Origin: Alteromonas sp.
Lineage (GTDB): Bacteria > Margulisbacteria > Marinamargulisbacteria > UBA6595
Direction: 5' to 3'
NCBI GenBank assembly: GCA_964220215.1
Contig: CAXPTH010000023.1
Span: 7,943 to 71,942 of the forward strand
DNA length: 64,000 nt
The translations under genes were made by a program, and so were the position numbers. The notes beneath the pieces were generated by a model. That model was not told where the DNA came from. It ran no database searches and worked only from the letters and a program-made list of their open reading frames with translations. The stretch's first letter is position 1. Each line of letters opens with the position of its first letter. Positions 60,925-64,000 of the stretch are shown piece by piece.

Positions 60925-61610
60925 TTCGCTGGCAGTACTTGCCAATCTATATGGGTATTGTGGGGGTCATCAGTGTCGGAGTCTGGCTGCCGCTAACGAC
61001 CGTCTCCCTGGAGCCTACGGCGTTTCTTGACGATACCGAACGCGCCCAATTTCAACGCTTAGTCGGAACGTCCGCACTCTGGGCAAGAATGAGTACCCGA
61101 CTACTCCCCCAATGGCAACAGCCCCATCCCAGCATTCAATCCATTCGTTATCAATTTCCAAACTGGCGAACCTGCCACATTACACTCCAAGAAAAATCTC
61201 CCGACTTTCTCTTTATTCAAAACCATAAAACGACCGCCATGCACCGCGATGGCAGCATCTTGAATCCACGGCTCCCAGCCCCCAACCAATTAAACAACCC
61301 GGATATGATGATTATTCGAGGGGCACCGGCCACTCAGCACCAACTCGACGCACTCAACATGATTAAACATCGACTATCCAGCTACCCCAATCTTGGCAGC
61401 TTGCAAATTGAAACCTCCTTTCAAAACGACTACATTATTTATCTGAATGACGCCCTACCCATCAAACTGGGCCCTCTCACCCAACTCGATGAAAAACTGG
61501 ATGCTCTGGATATCTTCTTACAGCACAACGCCGATACCCACACCATGCAGTATATTGATCTTCGCTACACCGATCGTGTTATAGTAAAATACACTCATGA
61601 CCGCAGCTAA
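60921..61610 (+). CDS. ftsQ: Cell division protein FtsQ/DivIB (divergent)
   Basis: N-terminal TM, FPN..ITLQE.P, C-terminal YIDLRY; synteny ddl-ftsQ-ftsA. Confidence 0.75.
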   Translation: MIRWQYLPIYMGIVGVISVGVWLPLTTVSLEPTAFLDDTERAQFQRLVGTSALWARMSTRLLPQWQQPHPSIQSIRYQFPNWRTCHITLQEKSPDFLFIQNHKTTAMHRDGSILNPRLPAPNQLNNPDMMIIRGAPATQHQLDALNMIKHRLSSYPNLGSLQIETSFQNDYIIYLNDALPIKLGPLTQLDEKLDALDIFLQHNADTHTMQYIDLRYTDRVIVKYTHDRS

Positions 61611-62775
61611 TCAATTGGTCAGCATTGACATTGGCAGCCATAAGATCTGCACGGTTATTGCTCGCATTTTGTCCGATCAGCGCATTGCCATTGATGGGAT
61701 TGGCATTAGCCCATCCCACGGGTTTCAACGAGGCGCCATTACCAGCAAACCACAATTATCTGCGAGCATTAAACAATCCCTTGAACGCGCCAAATCCATT
61801 GCCGGAACCTTACCTAGCCTAGCGATTTGCTCTTTACCCCAAGACCAATTAAATTTTGAAAAACACACCGGGTTTATTCACAAACCCCAAGCGACGCCCA
61901 TCACGGATGCTGAGATCCAACAGTGTTTCCAACGCTCAACCCAACTCCCGGATGTGGATGCCGACACCACAATTATTCATGCCATCCCCACCCACTATTG
62001 TGTTGACCAAACAATCGTTAAAGACCCCCGGGGAATTTCTGGCAAGTCCTTGGAAATTACCTCGCACCTGGTACTGACCCCCACCCCACCCATCACAACT
62101 GTCTTTGGGATGCTTAAGCAATTAAAATTAGACCCACAGGGTATTTTATTGGATCTGGTCGCCACCGGGGACTTGCTCATTACACCGGAACACCAGCATA
62201 CCGGCGCCTGGGTCTTGGACATTGGCGCTCGCCAAACCCGGGTGGGGTATTTCAGGCATCATACGTTGCGCGAGGCTACGATTATCCCCATTGGCGGCGA
62301 TACCGTCACCCAAGACATTGCCCATTGTTTGGCCATTGATACCGAACAAGCCGAACGACTCAAGTTGCTATTTGGCAGTGTGGGAACCAGTCCTGGCAAA
62401 CCCATTAGCGTGCATCAACCCGGGGGCAACACAATCATTGAATCCGAATTGTTAACCGCCATTATTACCGCACGGATCGACGAGTTAGTTGAACTGATTC
62501 GCAAAACCAATTGGTCTGAATCCTGGGCGAACACCCCCATTTATTTATGCGGCGGGGGGAGCTTGCTCAACAATCTGGGACATTACCTGGGTCCTGTGTT
62601 TGGCGGAATCCCCCAGCCACTCATGCCAACACACCTGCGCGATTGGGTCAAAAGCTCGGCCTATTTTACGGCCATCGGCCTCATCGTTGCTGGCTTAAGA
62701 ACCAAGTGCATTGCGATTGAAAAGCCCTCTGGATTGCGCCAATTGTGGCAAAAAAGCAAAGCTATGTTGCGTTAG
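61597..62775 (+). CDS. ftsA: Cell division protein FtsA
   Basis: IDIGSHKI, LDIGA, IPIGGD.VTQDIA, AERLK, GGGSLL. Confidence 0.9.
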   Translation: MTAANQLVSIDIGSHKICTVIARILSDQRIAIDGIGISPSHGFQRGAITSKPQLSASIKQSLERAKSIAGTLPSLAICSLPQDQLNFEKHTGFIHKPQATPITDAEIQQCFQRSTQLPDVDADTTIIHAIPTHYCVDQTIVKDPRGISGKSLEITSHLVLTPTPPITTVFGMLKQLKLDPQGILLDLVATGDLLITPEHQHTGAWVLDIGARQTRVGYFRHHTLREATIIPIGGDTVTQDIAHCLAIDTEQAERLKLLFGSVGTSPGKPISVHQPGGNTIIESELLTAIITARIDELVELIRKTNWSESWANTPIYLCGGGSLLNNLGHYLGPVFGGIPQPLMPTHLRDWVKSSAYFTAIGLIVAGLRTKCIAIEKPSGLRQLWQKSKAMLR

Positions 62776-63256
62776 CGGACGCCGATGTCCAACTAAACTC
62801 AATCGGCTCATCCACGTACACAACCAAGGCAATACGCCCACCAGCATTGACCGACCCATCCGCTGACACCGCTGCGTCTTCAACCACTGGCGTCCATGTT
62901 AAATTCCCATGCGTTTCATGGCTATCCTGCTGTGTCCAAACCCAATCATTCGGGACTTGACTCCCGTATTGATCCGTTTCAACATAGGCAACGGTATTTA
63001 ACGGAATCGTTAAAAAACTAGGGTTTTGCGTACTTTGCATGCGTACGGAAAACAACCACGTATTGGATTCGGCGTACCATACCGGCTGAACGGCAATATG
63101 AACATAATTGTGCACACGCTCCTGAATGGGATACGCAACCCCACCCAGAACCGGGGACGCTGGTGCCGAACACCGAACAATCAGCCCAATCACCCCGGCA
63201 ACCAAAACCAACAAGACACCCACTCTGGGCACAAATTTTCGATAATTAATTCGCAT
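62762..63256 (-). CDS. Hypothetical membrane-anchored protein
   Basis: Basic N terminus plus one TM helix; starts 3 nt after the upstream reductase stop. Confidence 0.6.
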   Translation of the reverse strand: MRINYRKFVPRVGVLLVLVAGVIGLIVRCSAPASPVLGGVAYPIQERVHNYVHIAVQPVWYAESNTWLFSVRMQSTQNPSFLTIPLNTVAYVETDQYGSQVPNDWVWTQQDSHETHGNLTWTPVVEDAAVSADGSVNAGGRIALVVYVDEPIEFSWTSASANAT

Positions 63257-63259
63257 CGG

Positions 63260-64000
63260 CTACGATGACAAACAATCCAACAAATCGGCCCGCGTAATTT
63301 TCTTTTCACGCGGCTTATTTAATACTTGTCCAGCGGCTTCTTCAGCGGCTTTGATGGCATACCAATCCGATTCGGTAACCACACGAACCCCTTTCGCTTC
63401 GAGTACCGATAACAGGTGCTGCGTATCCGGAATGACTGCCGCTTCCTGAATGCCATCATCTACCATGGTTGCGATTGTTTCCTCAGAATCGGGCTTGTTG
63501 CTACCCAAAACGCCCGTCGGGCCTCGCTTAATCCACCCCGTTACATAGACTCCGGGGACCGATGCCGCATCCACCCGACCCGCTGTGTTGGGAATCACAC
63601 CCCGAGACACATCAAACGGCAATTGTGGCACTGGAACCCCCCGATACCCCACACTGCGAAATACCATTGAACAGGGAATGTCGCCCTGAATATCGGTCAG
63701 AACCGCTCGCCCATCCACCAATTGTGTTTGGGTCCATCCAAACGCGGTGACGGCATCCGTTCCCACCAATTCGCGCGGATTTTTAAAAAAATGAACATGA
63801 ATCCGGGTTTTGGTCTCACGCACTGGCGCTGCGGCCAAGGCCTCCAGAACCGCCATATTTTTCTGGGCTTTTCGATTGTCAGACAATTCCGCCTGACACG
63901 CCGCTGACAGCTTTAAATCATCGGGGTTAATCACCACCTGACAATCCGCCAACTCCCCCAACTCTTGCAATTCCATATGGGTAAAGGCAGCCTGAACAGG
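63260..64000 (-). CDS. FprA/adrenodoxin-reductase-like NADPH:ferredoxin reductase, C-terminal part
   Basis: PVQAAFT..L.ELG, FRSVGYRG, YVTGWIKRGPTGV, KPREK; the frame stays open to the window end. Confidence 0.9.
   Translation of the reverse strand, partial: PVQAAFTHMELQELGELADCQVVINPDDLKLSAACQAELSDNRKAQKNMAVLEALAAAPVRETKTRIHVHFFKNPRELVGTDAVTAFGWTQTQLVDGRAVLTDIQGDIPCSMVFRSVGYRGVPVPQLPFDVSRGVIPNTAGRVDAASVPGVYVTGWIKRGPTGVLGSNKPDSEETIATMVDDGIQEAAVIPDTQHLLSVLEAKGVRVVTESDWYAIKAAEEAAGQVLNKPREKKITRADLLDCLSS

Noticed and set aside
1-64000. Alternative genetic code or stop-codon recoding
   Set aside because: Core genes are full length under code 11 and use TAA, TAG and TGA as stops.

Overview
A mostly housekeeping bacterial window read with the standard genetic code. 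It contains pyk (partial), tRNA-Ala(GGC), an LptF/G permease, grpE-dnaK-dnaJ, murF, gpmI-tyrS and a ~21 kb minus-strand run from rplC to rpsI continuing into serA-htpG-cinA. It also holds bioA-secG-omp85-dxs-pdxJ, tig-clpP-clpX-ileS-pfkB-MTase-pcrA, tgt, murC-murB-ddl-ftsQ-ftsA and a partial FprA-like reductase. The ribosomal cluster has a cyanobacteria-like layout (no rpsJ, rpmD or rpsD; truA-rplM-rpsI attached). Together with outer-membrane genes, this suggests by inference a diderm relative of Cyanobacteria such as Margulisbacteria. Accessory DNA is limited to four places. First, an AT-rich defence islet (about 14.3-18.3 kb) carries a GIY-YIG/DUF4357 gene, a DUF1016 pseudogene, an NgoAVII/CglI-type MTase and PLD nuclease pair without its usual helicase subunit, and gene scars ending at coding palindromes. 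Second, a lone AAA/DUF4143 ATPase is flanked by two similar sigma54-like motifs. Third, a proline-rich ORFan lies at the tRNA 3' end. Fourth, there is an apparently leaderless membrane-anchored trypsin-like protease. No CRISPR array, rRNA, transposase or integrase was seen. Family assignments come from motif recognition by eye, not from database searches.
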